A stretch of 64,000 nt of DNA from Mizuhopecten yessoensis (Eukaryota), in assembly GCF_002113885.1 (NCBI RefSeq), contig NW_018408737.1:337843-401842 (forward strand), given 5' to 3'. Numbering within the stretch: position 1 is the first letter of the stretch; the number at the start of each line of letters is the position of its first letter. Positions 22,921 through 33,965 of this stretch are shown here, piece after piece. A program made the translations under genes and the position numbers. The notes under the pieces were generated by a model. It had not been told where the DNA came from and ran no database searches. It saw only the letters and a program-made list of their open reading frames with translations.

Positions 22921-25900
22921 CTGTAGAAAAAATGTCACGATATATTTCTAGGTAAAAATAACGCTTTTTAACTTGTGACTAATCAAATTGGCATTTTGCA
23001 TATAAAATGCTTAAATCAAATAAGCTAAAAAATGTCTAGATAAAAACTACACATTTACATCCTACTGTTTCTAAAGCTGAGTGTGCCAGATACACTTTCA
23101 TCTTTTGAATTTTTACCTTGGCCTAGCTTGACTTTTGACCTTGAATGTACAAGCAGTATTCGGATACTCTAGTTTGATTTTTGAAATTTCAAATGTAAAA
23201 TATGTTTTTTTACCTGAACAAGTTCTCCAATACAGTACCCCGTCAGCGTGCTGTACGCATCACGTGAATGACCTTTCTCCTCAAAATCTACTGTCGCGTC
23301 TCTCCCAGCATGTTCCAATAAAATCTCAAGACCACCTGGATGCTGAAGTGACAGAAAAATTGACACAAGGGTTAAAGTTCAGATGCAAACTAATCAGGTA
23401 GCCATGCACATCAACAATAGGTGTCCAGGGATAATCCTGGAGGGGGCCATGGGGCCATTGACCCCTCAAAACTGAAATTGACCCCTTCATGGTCCAATAT
23501 TCTTTCTATTTTACATAGAATGGACTCTCTTAAATTTGATATTTACCAAACATTTCTGAAAATGGCCCACTGCTCTAAAATTCCAGGATTTTCCCTGCGT
23601 GTCTCGGATGAATATACATTGGAAATACAAGTCAAATAGCAAATGCCGCCACGGTATACATAGTATTAGTCACTTGCCGTTACCATAGGGACCTAAGGAT
23701 TTGTTACAGCAATATTAACGGTACGCTTTTTAACTTGTGTCTAATCCAGGATTTTTTTTAGGCTAAGGTGTTCAGAATGACTACATGTTTTAGGAGTTTA
23801 ATTGTAGATCGACTTTCGGTATAAATGACACCCCCAATGAATCGGTAAAAATTACACCACCGATGATAAAACATGTAAAGTTACTCTGAACACCTTAGTT
23901 TAGGTCCAAATGTTGCTGTAACAAATTATATATATCAGGTCCCTGTGTCCGTTACATCCAATTACGTAGTCACAGTATGTTCGTAGATCCAGCCAAGAGG
24001 GGTCAGCCCCACCGTTTCTAATATTTCAAATCAATATCGATCTCATATTGTTCCAGAAGAGAAGTCGCTCGAAGCAATATGGCCACACTATCCCTTTTAG
24101 ATCCCACACCCACCTTCTTGGGGTCATCTCCTTTATGTCTTTGAAGGTGCTTCTTAATAATAAATATGGCCAATGTCTATCTTATTGTGCAAGAGAAGAA
24201 GTCGCTTTTAAAAAAGCGATGTAGTTCATTTCGCGTTTTGGCCCGCGCCTCGGCCCCTCTGTACGATTCCCTCTATTTGTACAATTTTCCAAGGATGTTT
24301 GTAGTCAAATTTGGTAAATTCCGCCGTTAATTCGGCGGTCCTGAAGAAGAAATATATTACAAAGACTTTTTGGACGTGCGGCGGATACCACGGTAAGCTA
24401 AAATTCATAAAAAATAGGTTTTAGTTCAGATTAGCAAAGGTTGGTGAGCTTTGACCTCTCATACCCGCAACAAATAGTTCAGACCGAAACGATACATGCG
24501 CTATTATGTTTGTATGACTTGCCTCGTAAGTGAACTGCGTGACGTCATACACCTTATCATGAATGACGATCCACAAAGACTGTGTATCACAGTGATCAGA
24601 CACCTCTTTTAGAGAGTACAGTGACGTCGATGCCTCGATGTTGGGTCCGCACGTGCTTGTTTGCGTCGTGGACGTGTTCACGTGCTGTCGGTTCATCAGA
24701 GAGGTCATCACTGCAGTCTGTAATGTACAATTTACATATATATAGTCGGTCATTTAATTAATTCACCTTAACTTATGTACTTCCGTAATTTCTTTCAAGT
24801 TCCTCATCTCCTGTACGTTTTGGGATTTATTTAAAAAGTAATCCACTGAATGAGCGACTAATTGAGTGCTCCTTTCCTGTCTATTCTAGGTTTATCCGTA
24901 AACGTAAAATACATTGTATACTCTGAACCTAAACGCAAATATCATTATATGGTTTGTGTTTGTCATTTTATGGTGTGTGTTTGTTATTATATGGTTTGTT
25001 ATTGTTTGTGTTTGTTATTATATGGTTTGTGTTTGTCCTCATCAGGTTTGTGTTTGTCTTTGTATGATTTGCGTTTGTTGTTGTATGGTCTGTGTTTGTC
25101 ATCATAGGATTTGCGTTTTTTGTTTTATGGTTTGTGTTTGTCGTTTTATGGTTTGTTTTTGTCATTATATGGTTTGCGTTTGTCGTTGTATGGTTTGTGT
25201 TTGTCATTATATGGCTTGTGTTTGTCGTTTTATGGTTTGTTTTTGTCATTATATGGTTTGTTTTTGTCGTTATATGGTTTGTTTTTGTCATTATATTATT
25301 TGTGTTTGTCATTTTATGGTTTGTGTTTGTTATTATATGGTTTGTTATTGTTTGTGTTTGTTATTATATGGTTTGTGTTTGTCCTCATCAGGTTTATGTT
25401 TGTCTTTGTATGATTTGCGTTTGTTGTTGTATGGTCTGTGTTTGTCATCATATGATTTGCGTTTTTTGTTTTATGGTTTGTGTTTGTCGTTTTATGGTTT
25501 GTTTTTGTCATTATATGATTTGCGTTTGTTGTTTTATGGTTTGTGTTTGTCATTATATGGTTTGCGTTTGTCGTTTCATGGTTTGTTTTTGTCATTATAC
25601 GGTTTGTGTTTGTCATTATATGTTTTGTGATTGTCGTTGCACGATTCACGTTTGTTGTATGGTTTGTGCTTGTCGTTTCATGGTTTGTTTTTGTCTTTAT
25701 ATGGTTTGCATTTGTCGTTATATGGTTTGTTTTTGTCATTATATTATTTGTATTTGTCGTTGTATGATATGCATTTGTTGTTTTATGGTTGGTGTTTGTC
25801 GTTATATGGTTTTTGTTTGTCGTGATATGGTTTGTTTTTGTCATGTTTTGCGTTTGTCGTTTTATGGTTTGTTTTTGTCATTATATGGTTTATGATTGTC

Positions 25901-28546
25901 GTTGTATGATTTGTGTTTGTTGTATGGTTTGCGTTTGTCGTTTTATGGTTTGTTTTTGTCATTATATGGTTTGTGATTGTCGTTGTATGATTTGCGTTTG
26001 TTGTATGGTTTGTGTTTGTCGTTTTATGGTTTGTTTTTGTCATTATATTGTTTGCATTTGTCGTTATATGGTTTGTTTTTGTCATTATATTATTTGTGTT
26101 TGTCATTTTATGGTTTGTTTCTGTTATGATATGGTTTGCGTTTGTCGTTATATGGTTTGTTTTTGTCGTTTTATGGTTTTCTTTTGTCGTTGTATGATTC
26201 GCGTTTGTTGTTTTATGGTTTGTGTTTGTCATTATATAGTTTGCGTTTGTCGTTATATGGTTTGTTTTTGTCGTTTTATGGTTTTCTTTTGTCGTTGTAT
26301 GATTTGTGTTTGTTGTATTGTTTGCGTTTGTCGAATGGTTTGTTTCTGTTATAATATGGTTTGCCTTTATTTTATGGTTTGTTTTTGTCATTATACGGTT
26401 TGCGTTTGTCGTTCTATGGTTTGTTTTTGTCATTATATAGTTTGTTTTTGTCGTTTTATGGTTTTCTTTTGTCGTTGTATGATTTGCGTTTGTTGTTTTA
26501 TGGTCTGTGTTTGTCCTTATATGGTTTGTGTTTGTCATTATATGGTTTGCCTTTGTCATTTCATGGTTTGTTTTTGTCATAATACGGTTTGTGTTTGTTG
26601 TTATATGGGTTTTTTGGTCGTTATATGGGTTTTTTGTGTCGTTTTATGGTTTGTTTTGTCGTTTTATGGTTTGTCTTTGTCATTAAATGATTTGTGTTTG
26701 TCGTTATATGGTTTGTTTTTGTCGTTATATTGTTTGCGTTTGTCATTATATGGTTTGTTATTATATGGTGTGTGTTTGTGGTAATTTAGTTTCGTTTGTC
26801 GTTATATTGTTTGCTTTTCTCGCTACATGGCTTGATTTTGTCGATGTATGGTTTGCTTTAGTCATGATATGCCTTTCTGTCATATATGGTATGCCCTTGT
26901 CATTATGTATTAATATGTCTTTAGTGTGAAACAACCCATTAGATAGAAGAACAAAGTTTTAGTTTTTCCGAGCTCTTTATTGGACAATTTAGAAACCTCA
27001 CAGCAAATTTTAACCCATTATAGTTTGATATGAAATCACATATGCAGAAACTGTTAGATTTGGCAATTTAAACAAATACATTTGACAGAATCTGTATATA
27101 TGATTTTGTAATTATATACATGGTGTATCGTTATCATTATTTTCATCGTGTTCATTGTTAGTCGTGTATCAAAGGGCCGTATTGTAAATCTTAATATGTA
27201 ACCCTGTCTAAATAAAGGAATTCATATGCCTGTGTATAATTCATGAATTGTTTTATACAAAGGAACTCGCATCATTATATACCAGCCTCGTAATTATTGT
27301 CTGGGAAAACTTCGGGACAATTATAACTGATCACATTCCCCATTTCGCCGTCTCAGCTATGTAGCATGTCTATGTTTATTGACATATATCACGGGAACAA
27401 TCTCGTATAAAATCAAAAATCCTTTAATTCAAATCCTGATCCTTCCCGTCACTCACATAATAACATGACATCGAAATTTGAATTTACACAAAGATGTATT
27501 TAAAGTTTGAAGACTGTTTTATTTTTTTCGTTACACATATATGTTTATGCTTTAACTTATTAATTAAAGGTTAATATTTACATTAAGTATATCCGCTTTA
27601 TATCACATTTAACAGTAATTATAAATAATATGAAGTTGTTATATACAGCTTTATCACAACCTAGGTCGTCTCAAAGTGGTTCACAAAGTATTTAGGGACC
27701 TTGCAAGCAGCCAATACATTTCTCTACTCCCTGGGGAGCATACAGCCAGTGCTGCCATTTCGGCGCTCTGACACAGCTAGCACTCAACAATTGAAGCACT
27801 GCCAAACCACGTACTAATTTACAGCTGAGTAGACTGAAAGATACGACGGAATTCGAACCCGTGACCCTTCGGTCACACACTCGGCGTCCTACAACTATAG
27901 ACCACCGTGCCTCCATTTCGTTTATATAACATGCCCCTACGGCAGCCTCGTACGTGTACAATAATGGTTGGTCCAGAGGGGCTGTGACACTGTCTAATAC
28001 AGTAATATAAGTACATCCCACGACAAAGTCTACGATATGGTTAGTTGCTTACATGCTATAGGTGACATTTAGTGTAGTCTTTAAGTGGAGAAACGACAGC
28101 ACGTGCGCACGACACAATTCATTTTTGTTTCAATTCTAGAAGTGTGCCATACTCTTTAAAAAGGCAGCATAGCATATATCCTAACTCAAACGCAAATCTC
28201 AGACTGAAGTACGTTTAATATAATATATTCGTTTAGACAAGTATTACGTATTGTAAATCCGAAATAAATATATCTCATAAAGCTATAGAGAGTCAGTCAT
28301 GTCGGACTAGTTAACTGTCTTTATAAACCCTACAAAAGTTATAAGTAATCATAAAGTTATTTGAATCTACGTTTAACTAATATATACGTTTAAATGACAA
28401 AACAAGCGAACCAACATACATGTAAACAGTCTAGACTATTGCGATGTGTATTGGAGTCAGAGACATGATTATATGGTTATACTTACAGTTATGTTCGCCG
28501 CCGTTGATAGGACTCTGTTCAGCTGTATTTTGTTATGGTTCTGCAT
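22843..28546 (-). CDS. Cytochrome b5-like heme-binding protein, 153 aa: complement(join(22843-22920,23214-23342,24523-24717,28487-28546))
   Basis: YSLKEVSDH..SLWIVIHDKVYDVTQFTYE|HPGGLEILLEHAGRDATVDFEEKGHSRDA...YCIGELV, with both axial His motifs (HPGG, GHS). All introns are phase 0 and intron 2 has a GC donor. Confidence 0.88.
23214..23342 (-). CDS. Cytochrome b5-like exon 3
   Basis: HPGG...GHS...IGELVQ; cttcag acceptor, CAG|GTAAAA donor. Confidence 0.93.
23426..23597. mobile_element. hAT-like MITE (CAGGG termini)
   Basis: cagggataatcctgga ... tccaggattttccctg. Confidence 0.55.
23684..23947. mobile_element. MITE with CATAGGGAC termini and 8-bp TSD (P-element/hAT-like)
   Basis: gccgttac|catagggacct...atttgttacagcaa ... 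ttgctgtaacaaat...aggtccctgtg|tccgttac. Confidence 0.68.
24523..24717 (-). CDS. Cytochrome b5-like exon 2
   Basis: TAVMTSLMNRQ...WIVIHDKVYDVTQFTYE; donor GAG|GCAAGT. Confidence 0.87.
24945..26800. repeat. GT-rich degenerate 21-bp tandem repeat (~1.9 kb) in cytochrome b5-like intron 1
   Basis: Unit tatggtttgtgtttgtcatta and variants; 346-bp higher-order duplication (gtcctcatcagg at 25035 and 25381). Confidence 0.93.
27639..27914 (-). mobile_element. tRNA-derived SINE (CORE-like body, L2-like tail)
   Basis: Minus strand: ggaggcacggtggtctatagttg (A box), gggttcgaattcc (B box), ctcagctgtaaat..gtac, ggctgtatgctccccagggag, tail ctttgagac...gctgtatataa. Confidence 0.75.
28487..28546 (-). CDS. Cytochrome b5-like exon 1
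   Basis: acaATG; MQNHNKIQLNRVLSTAANIT; donor ACT|GTAAGT in frame with the exon 2 acceptor ttacag. Confidence 0.65.
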
Positions 28547-29617
28547 TGTAAATAACGAACGGTAATCGGTATACCTGGAGAAACGCCAATACAAAATGTA
28601 GGTTATTAAACCTCAGGTGTCATGTGTGTATATCTGAATCAAGGTCACGGTGACAATTTCAACCAATCATAATTCAGTATTTTGACGCACCCACATACCT
28701 GGCGTTCATTGAAAGCATTGTTAGCATATACAGACGGCAAATTATCCCCCAAAACTGACGTCCTTAATTTATTTCAATTATCTTGAGCTAAGAAGAACCA
28801 TTTCAGTGACTTATGGAGACATGTAATGTAATAAATCCGATTATATCTGAAGCCACTGATCTGCTAGAAGACATGGGAGAAAAGTTCTACATAAGCTTAA
28901 GTTTGTTTTCTTATATCTCTACCTCACGACTAAACAAACACCGGCTTAAAAGCAGGAATATCGTTGCATGCTAACGTCTTAATGGTATGTTTTCTGATAA
29001 GTGAATGACCAATGTTTACTTATTGCAAATATTTACTAGACATTAAGAGAAAAAGTGCTCAGCCGGCCGGTGTGAATGTAACTCAAAGTGGTGTCATTTT
29101 CGGTCAGAATAAGTGCGTTAAGGTAAAGAAAATCCCGTCGTCGGCATCAGGTGAGGCACAGGCCTAGCTAGGGTTCGTTACAAATGTCTAACACACACAC
29201 ATGCTACACTCATGTGCGTCACAGCACACAAAAACCTTATCTCTATTGACTTCTTTAACTCTTGCCTTTGACCTTTGAACATTTAGTTAGCCCCTTTTTT
29301 CCTAAGTGATTTCGAGACACACATTAATCTAGAACAGCAAATACACGAGAACTTTGATACATCAACAATGCAATACACCTCAAGTTATAAAATATTTAAT
29401 TTGAAATTGTATAAAAGGGAAGCAGCATTTTACTCTATCGTTGATCCAGAAGACTAAGTAGCATTTCCTAACATCACTATATCAATGATGCATTATTTAT
29501 AAACACTTCCACTTCAAAACCAATTCTTATAAAGGGCGAGATGCGCTGGTCAAAAAGAAGAAAGAAAAAAACCCACCGGGTAATCTAAAAATGAAATGCG
29601 CTTGTCAAAAATCAGTT

Positions 29618-29785
29618 CCACTTTTCCTTTAAAATGCTACTAGTCCAGAAAGCCTGAGTGGATTTTGACTTTTGGGTCTGGAGCAGTGTACATGTTAGGC
29701 CAAGGGAACTCAGTTTTGTATTTGCTCTACCCCAACCCTAAGACAGAGGTGCGGGGCCAAATATTGGAAATAGATCTAGAGTTTA
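29618..29785 (+). mobile_element. Fragment of A-type HINE
   Basis: cttttcctttaaaatgctact...ggccaagggaactcagttttgta...gcggggccaaata, matching 4710-4860. Confidence 0.6.
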
Positions 29786-29789
29786 ACGT

Positions 29790-29932
29790 TTAAAAACCGT
29801 CTACGATCACTCGTCCTCCACCTGTTGGTCGCGGGCTCGAGGCCTACGGAGGCAGTCGGCAGGTACTCGCCGCAGGTCGTTTTTTTTATGGCCATTCCCT
29901 CCTTCATTAAAACCCGACACGTCCTTAAATGT
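29790..29932 (+). mobile_element. Degenerate tRNA-SINE (V-SINE-like)
   Basis: B-box-like ggtcgcgggctcgaggcc, ggcag..caggtact, and tail acgtccttaaatg shared with other SINEs here. Confidence 0.45.
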
Positions 29933-30775
29933 CCAATCCATAATAAAATACAAACACACCAATCTTACATGTTCTGTGGGAATACAGGAGTTAAATCCAT
30001 TTTTTTCCTGAGCACTATTATGCCAGGCATTGTTCGTCATACGTCGTATACACGTTAAATTTCCGTCAAATCTAAGTCATGACGTCACTGACGCCTGTGC
30101 TGTATAGGTCAAAATATCTACACAAGTGTTGCTGTACTTAATGTGTGAGAAACATATCTGTACTCTACAGAATGTTTAAATATTAATTAATTTATTCAAT
30201 ATTCTTTCAGTTACATGAATATACATATATAATTATAATTGAGAAAACTATTAAACATTGATAAATTCAAGTCGTTAAATATTCGTATTTCTAATTATTA
30301 TCTATGAAATGTATATTCAATTTATTTTGTGGTTCTATTTTACATGTGGATTGTAGTAATCTAACGAATTAACAATTCGAATTTTCAGGCCCGTTTCTAG
30401 AATCTATTTTAATGATATTACTACACTTGTTGGGATCATGGAAATATTTAATACTTCCGTTATGAATATCATCCTCTCATCGTACTAAATCGAATTAATT
30501 ATAGTATCTGGAAACATACACGTATAAACTTGAAATATCATGTTTACAAGTGACAATTAATCTTTTAATTTGACTTCAGAATACATTCGAAACAGCAGCA
30601 GATGTGTCAATGCAACTTGGCGGAAAGGATGATTTGTTAGAGAATGAAGGCAGCACATACTCAATAAAGTCAATTTGTGACAAACTCTTGAAATAAATGA
30701 GGTTTTTTTGCAACTAATAAATTTAAATGGAGGTATGCCCACTCCCGCCCTTGAAGGAATATAGAGGTTGTGAAA

Positions 30776-31745
30776 AACAAGAGGCCCTTGGGCCTTAACG
30801 GTCACCTGATTTATTTATGCAGAAAGTTGATTTTGTTATTAACACGAACAGAAATATTATTCAGTGACAAAAAACAATAAAACCACCTTATTCAATATCT
30901 AGCATGCAGATTTAAGACTAAAAAGTATTTGAAACTAGCACCTCTGATTCTAAACAAGGGGGTGTCAGTCAGGGCTCATATGTGCATATTATCAAACTGC
31001 TACCCAATACTGATAATGATAACCCAAATTGAATTATTTCCAATGGAAATTAAACAAATGTTGGTCCAAAATGTGATTTCCTATATAAACTATAGTAAAG
31101 TTTACCCCTCCCAAGGGGTAAACGTGAGACCTCAGGATCATGCAATTCACAATTTTGGTAAAGCTCCTTAAGACCCTTCCATCTATGAAGAGTATTTGAT
31201 TCTACCATATCTTGGTCTTGGGAAGAAGATTTTTGAAATTCCAGTCAATTCGACCCTTTTTGGCCCCTCCCATCAGCCCCGGGGGGTCAGTCAGGGCTCA
31301 TATTTACATACCATCAAACTGCTACCCAATACTGATAATGCTAACCTAAATTTAATGACCTCAATTGGAAATAAACAAATGTTGGTCCAAAATGTGATTT
31401 CCCTATATAAACTATAGTAAAGTTTGCCCCCTCCCCAGGGGGAAACTTGAGACCCCAGGGTCAAGAAATTCACAATTTTGGTAAAGCACCTTAAGATTTT
31501 TGAAATTTTAGTCAATTCAACCCTTTTTGGCCCCGCTCCTCAGGCCCCTAGGGGCCGGGGACCAAACAGGCAACTATTTTTGTTGACTTTTGGCCATGGA
31601 AGGTTTCCGCAAAATTTCATTGAAATTGGTTCAGGGGTTTTGGAGAAGAAGTCGAAAATGTTAATTGTTTACGGACGCACGACGGACGACGACGGACAAA
31701 AGGCGATCGCAATAGGTCAGTTGAGACTTTGTCTCAGGTGACCAA
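30776..31745 (-). mobile_element. HINE-like element E (third internal-repeat family)
   Basis: Minus-strand head ggtcacctgagac-aaa-gtctcaactgacc, (gtcc)n, duplicated ~325-bp body, tail caggtgacc + aggcccaagggcct + cttgtt. Confidence 0.83.
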
Positions 31746-32434
31746 ACAAATGAAACTACTCTAGACACATGCTCTCCTGTTCCATATATACTTAATCAAA
31801 GTTTGTACACAACAGAGCCCAACTAGCACTGTATGTGCATCCATTCTGGCGGACATTAAATTCGTTTACCTTTTTTTGTCCTTGTAATGAAACAGATAAC
31901 GCTGCTGCAACGTCCGCTGCAAAATCAGCCGTTTTCGTACAGCTGACAACTGATTAGGAGGCTGTCCTGCAACCTTCCCAATAGCAGCATCCCAGGAATT
32001 CACCATCTCTCTATTGTGGCACTGCTGTTATCAGCACAAGGTTCAAGGAAAGATAACTCTTACACAATATTCAAAACCATATCTCTAGTTAGAATCCTTC
32101 TTATAACAGTACGGAAGAGCATTAGGGCCAGGAGCAAAACAAGTTGATTTCGTTTTCGACTTTCAAAAGCTCGAAATCTAAATATAATAACTGTCGACTT
32201 TAAATAGAAATTTCGAGTTATTTCTACAACTTTTAAGCTTCTGGAGCTATTGAAAGAAAGGAAAATAACAATACTAAAATGTAGGAGTCGACTAATGTGG
32301 AATTCTTCAGAATCGATTTAATCGTGGATGTTAGTGTCTTTGTCTAATGTTAGAGATACCCGGTTGAAGTCTAAGCTTCTATGGTGCCTATGCATTGATA
32401 CTTTAGACCTTTCTTTTAATTTATATTAAGGTAT

Positions 32435-32700
32435 TGGTTGGTTGGCTATACAGGGTTTAACTTCCTATCAATGACTAAGGTCATTTGAGGCGTGCATGTG
32501 TGTCGGCATGCCGGGGACAGGGTATGTTGTGGTTTTATTTGCCTCATTGTGATAGCACAGATCTGATACTGTCTTTATAGTGCTATCTCACTGAAATAAC
32601 ATGCCAAAGACACCCAGCACAGTTTTCCGACCGGTCACATTATACTGACAACGGGTGAACCAGTTGTTGCCATTCTTATAAATGCTGAATGTAAAGCAGT
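32435..32700 (-). mobile_element. tRNA-SINE, Meta-type core
   Basis: ccggtcacattatactgacaacgggtgaaccag core; tail aaccaacc on the minus strand. Confidence 0.78.
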
Positions 32701-33059
32701 AAATACTTTCAAACGTTGTTTGGAACTTATTTTCTGCGGCATGCAATTGAAAAGCATCTCTTTAAATAGACGACACTATTTTGTGCAGTTCTAATGTAAC
32801 CAATGTTATGTTCTTTAGTACTCGAGTTTGTTCTGATATATATGTACTTGTGTGACCTGTAGCTGACGTAACATTTTCCAGTACGAGTGTACACACAAGT
32901 GGACTCCCATGGCCAATCACTTAGAAACCTGGGATATGTATACTTTCTTTTTCTGTGATGATTATTACTGTTTTATTATTAATATATGTGATTATCTCCC
33001 TTTACTTGTAATATATAATATGTTCTTGTTATTTTTACATATGTTTGTCGCAATAATAG

Positions 33060-33366
33060 CTCTCAAGCTGAGGAAGGCAATGGGTTCTTCCCCAGTCCGG
33101 TACATACCAAAGTAATTATATAGTTGTTAACGTTCAGCATTAATGGCAACAACTGGTTCATCCGTTGTCAGTATAATATACTTTCGACATGGTATTTCAG
33201 TGAGATAACACTATAAAGTCGGCATCAGATCCATGCTATCACATGGGGGCAAGAGCATCAATATACACTGTCTCCGTCATACATGCACTCATACACAACA
33301 CACATGGAGACACGTCCCTAAATTACCTTGGTTGTTAATTAATTGGACGTTAAATAAAACAAAACC
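33060..33366 (+). mobile_element. tRNA-SINE, Meta-type core
   Basis: gaggaaggcaatgggttc head, ctggttcatccgttgtcagtataat core, ggacgttaaataaaacaaaacc tail. Confidence 0.75.
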
Positions 33367-33402
33367 TTTCAAACCTATCTACGTTATTTCTTTTAGGCTT
33401 TC

Positions 33403-33960
33403 TGTAACGAAACCAGGTTTAGGCATATTTAAATGTACAATTGTTCATTGTTAGAGAATGTAAGTTAATTATCAGTTATCAATATGTTCAATTATTGTAG
33501 ATTAGAGTAAACGTAACCGCTGTTTGTTTCTGTTTGTTTACATTTACTCGTCGGACTTGTTTAGGGGAGTTCGCAAGATTGTTAGTTATATCGGACGTGA
33601 TATCGAGATTACGTGTAATTGGTGTTCTTCTCGCTATATATTGTGTAGATTACCTTAGTAATGTTCCGTTAATCGTATTTCGTATTTTAGGCACCACAAA
33701 TCTTGTTAACTCCCACGCATTGCAGGGTGTTAACGTTCTGCTACGGTAGCATGCACGGTACCGAAAGTAGTTTCCGGCTCGGTGTTATTTTAATCGGCCA
33801 ATCAAGGTCCTATATTAGCACGTGAATTCGGAACTAGGGGGTATTCACTGCCCTAGCTTCAGTTCCACACTGGCTGTTGTAGAGGTAAGTTTCTTCTTCG
33901 ATCTCGGAACCGTTAACCTAGTCCAGCTGTAACTCAGTCCTTATCTTTCTTAGATATTAG
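33403..33960 (+). mobile_element. Possible LTR fragment (U3/R) cut off by the LINE
   Basis: Begins TGTAACG; contains CCAAT (33798), a TATA-like site, CAGTT and a GAG|GTAAGT donor; no matching ...ACA end found. Confidence 0.3.
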
Positions 33961-33965
33961 CGATG

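Noticed and set aside
24421-24753. Single-exon 110-aa ORF as the full cytochrome b5
   Set aside because: Its first 12 codons are intron (ending ttacag). It also reads through the GC donor and lacks HPGG and the second heme ligand.
24914-26784. Long Cys-rich and Thr/Asn/His-rich ORFs as metallothionein- or keratin-like genes
   Set aside because: They are a by-product of a stop-poor 21-bp repeat that is open in several frames on both strands, with free frameshifting and no splice or promoter context.
27850-27914. tRNA gene
   Set aside because: A/B boxes are present, but there is no acceptor-stem pairing or T-run terminator and the sequence continues into a SINE body and tail.
31865-32120. Minus-strand coding-looking segment ending in an AAG|GTAAAC donor
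   Set aside because: There are stops in all frames and I recognise no family. It is possibly a transposase relic but cannot be supported.
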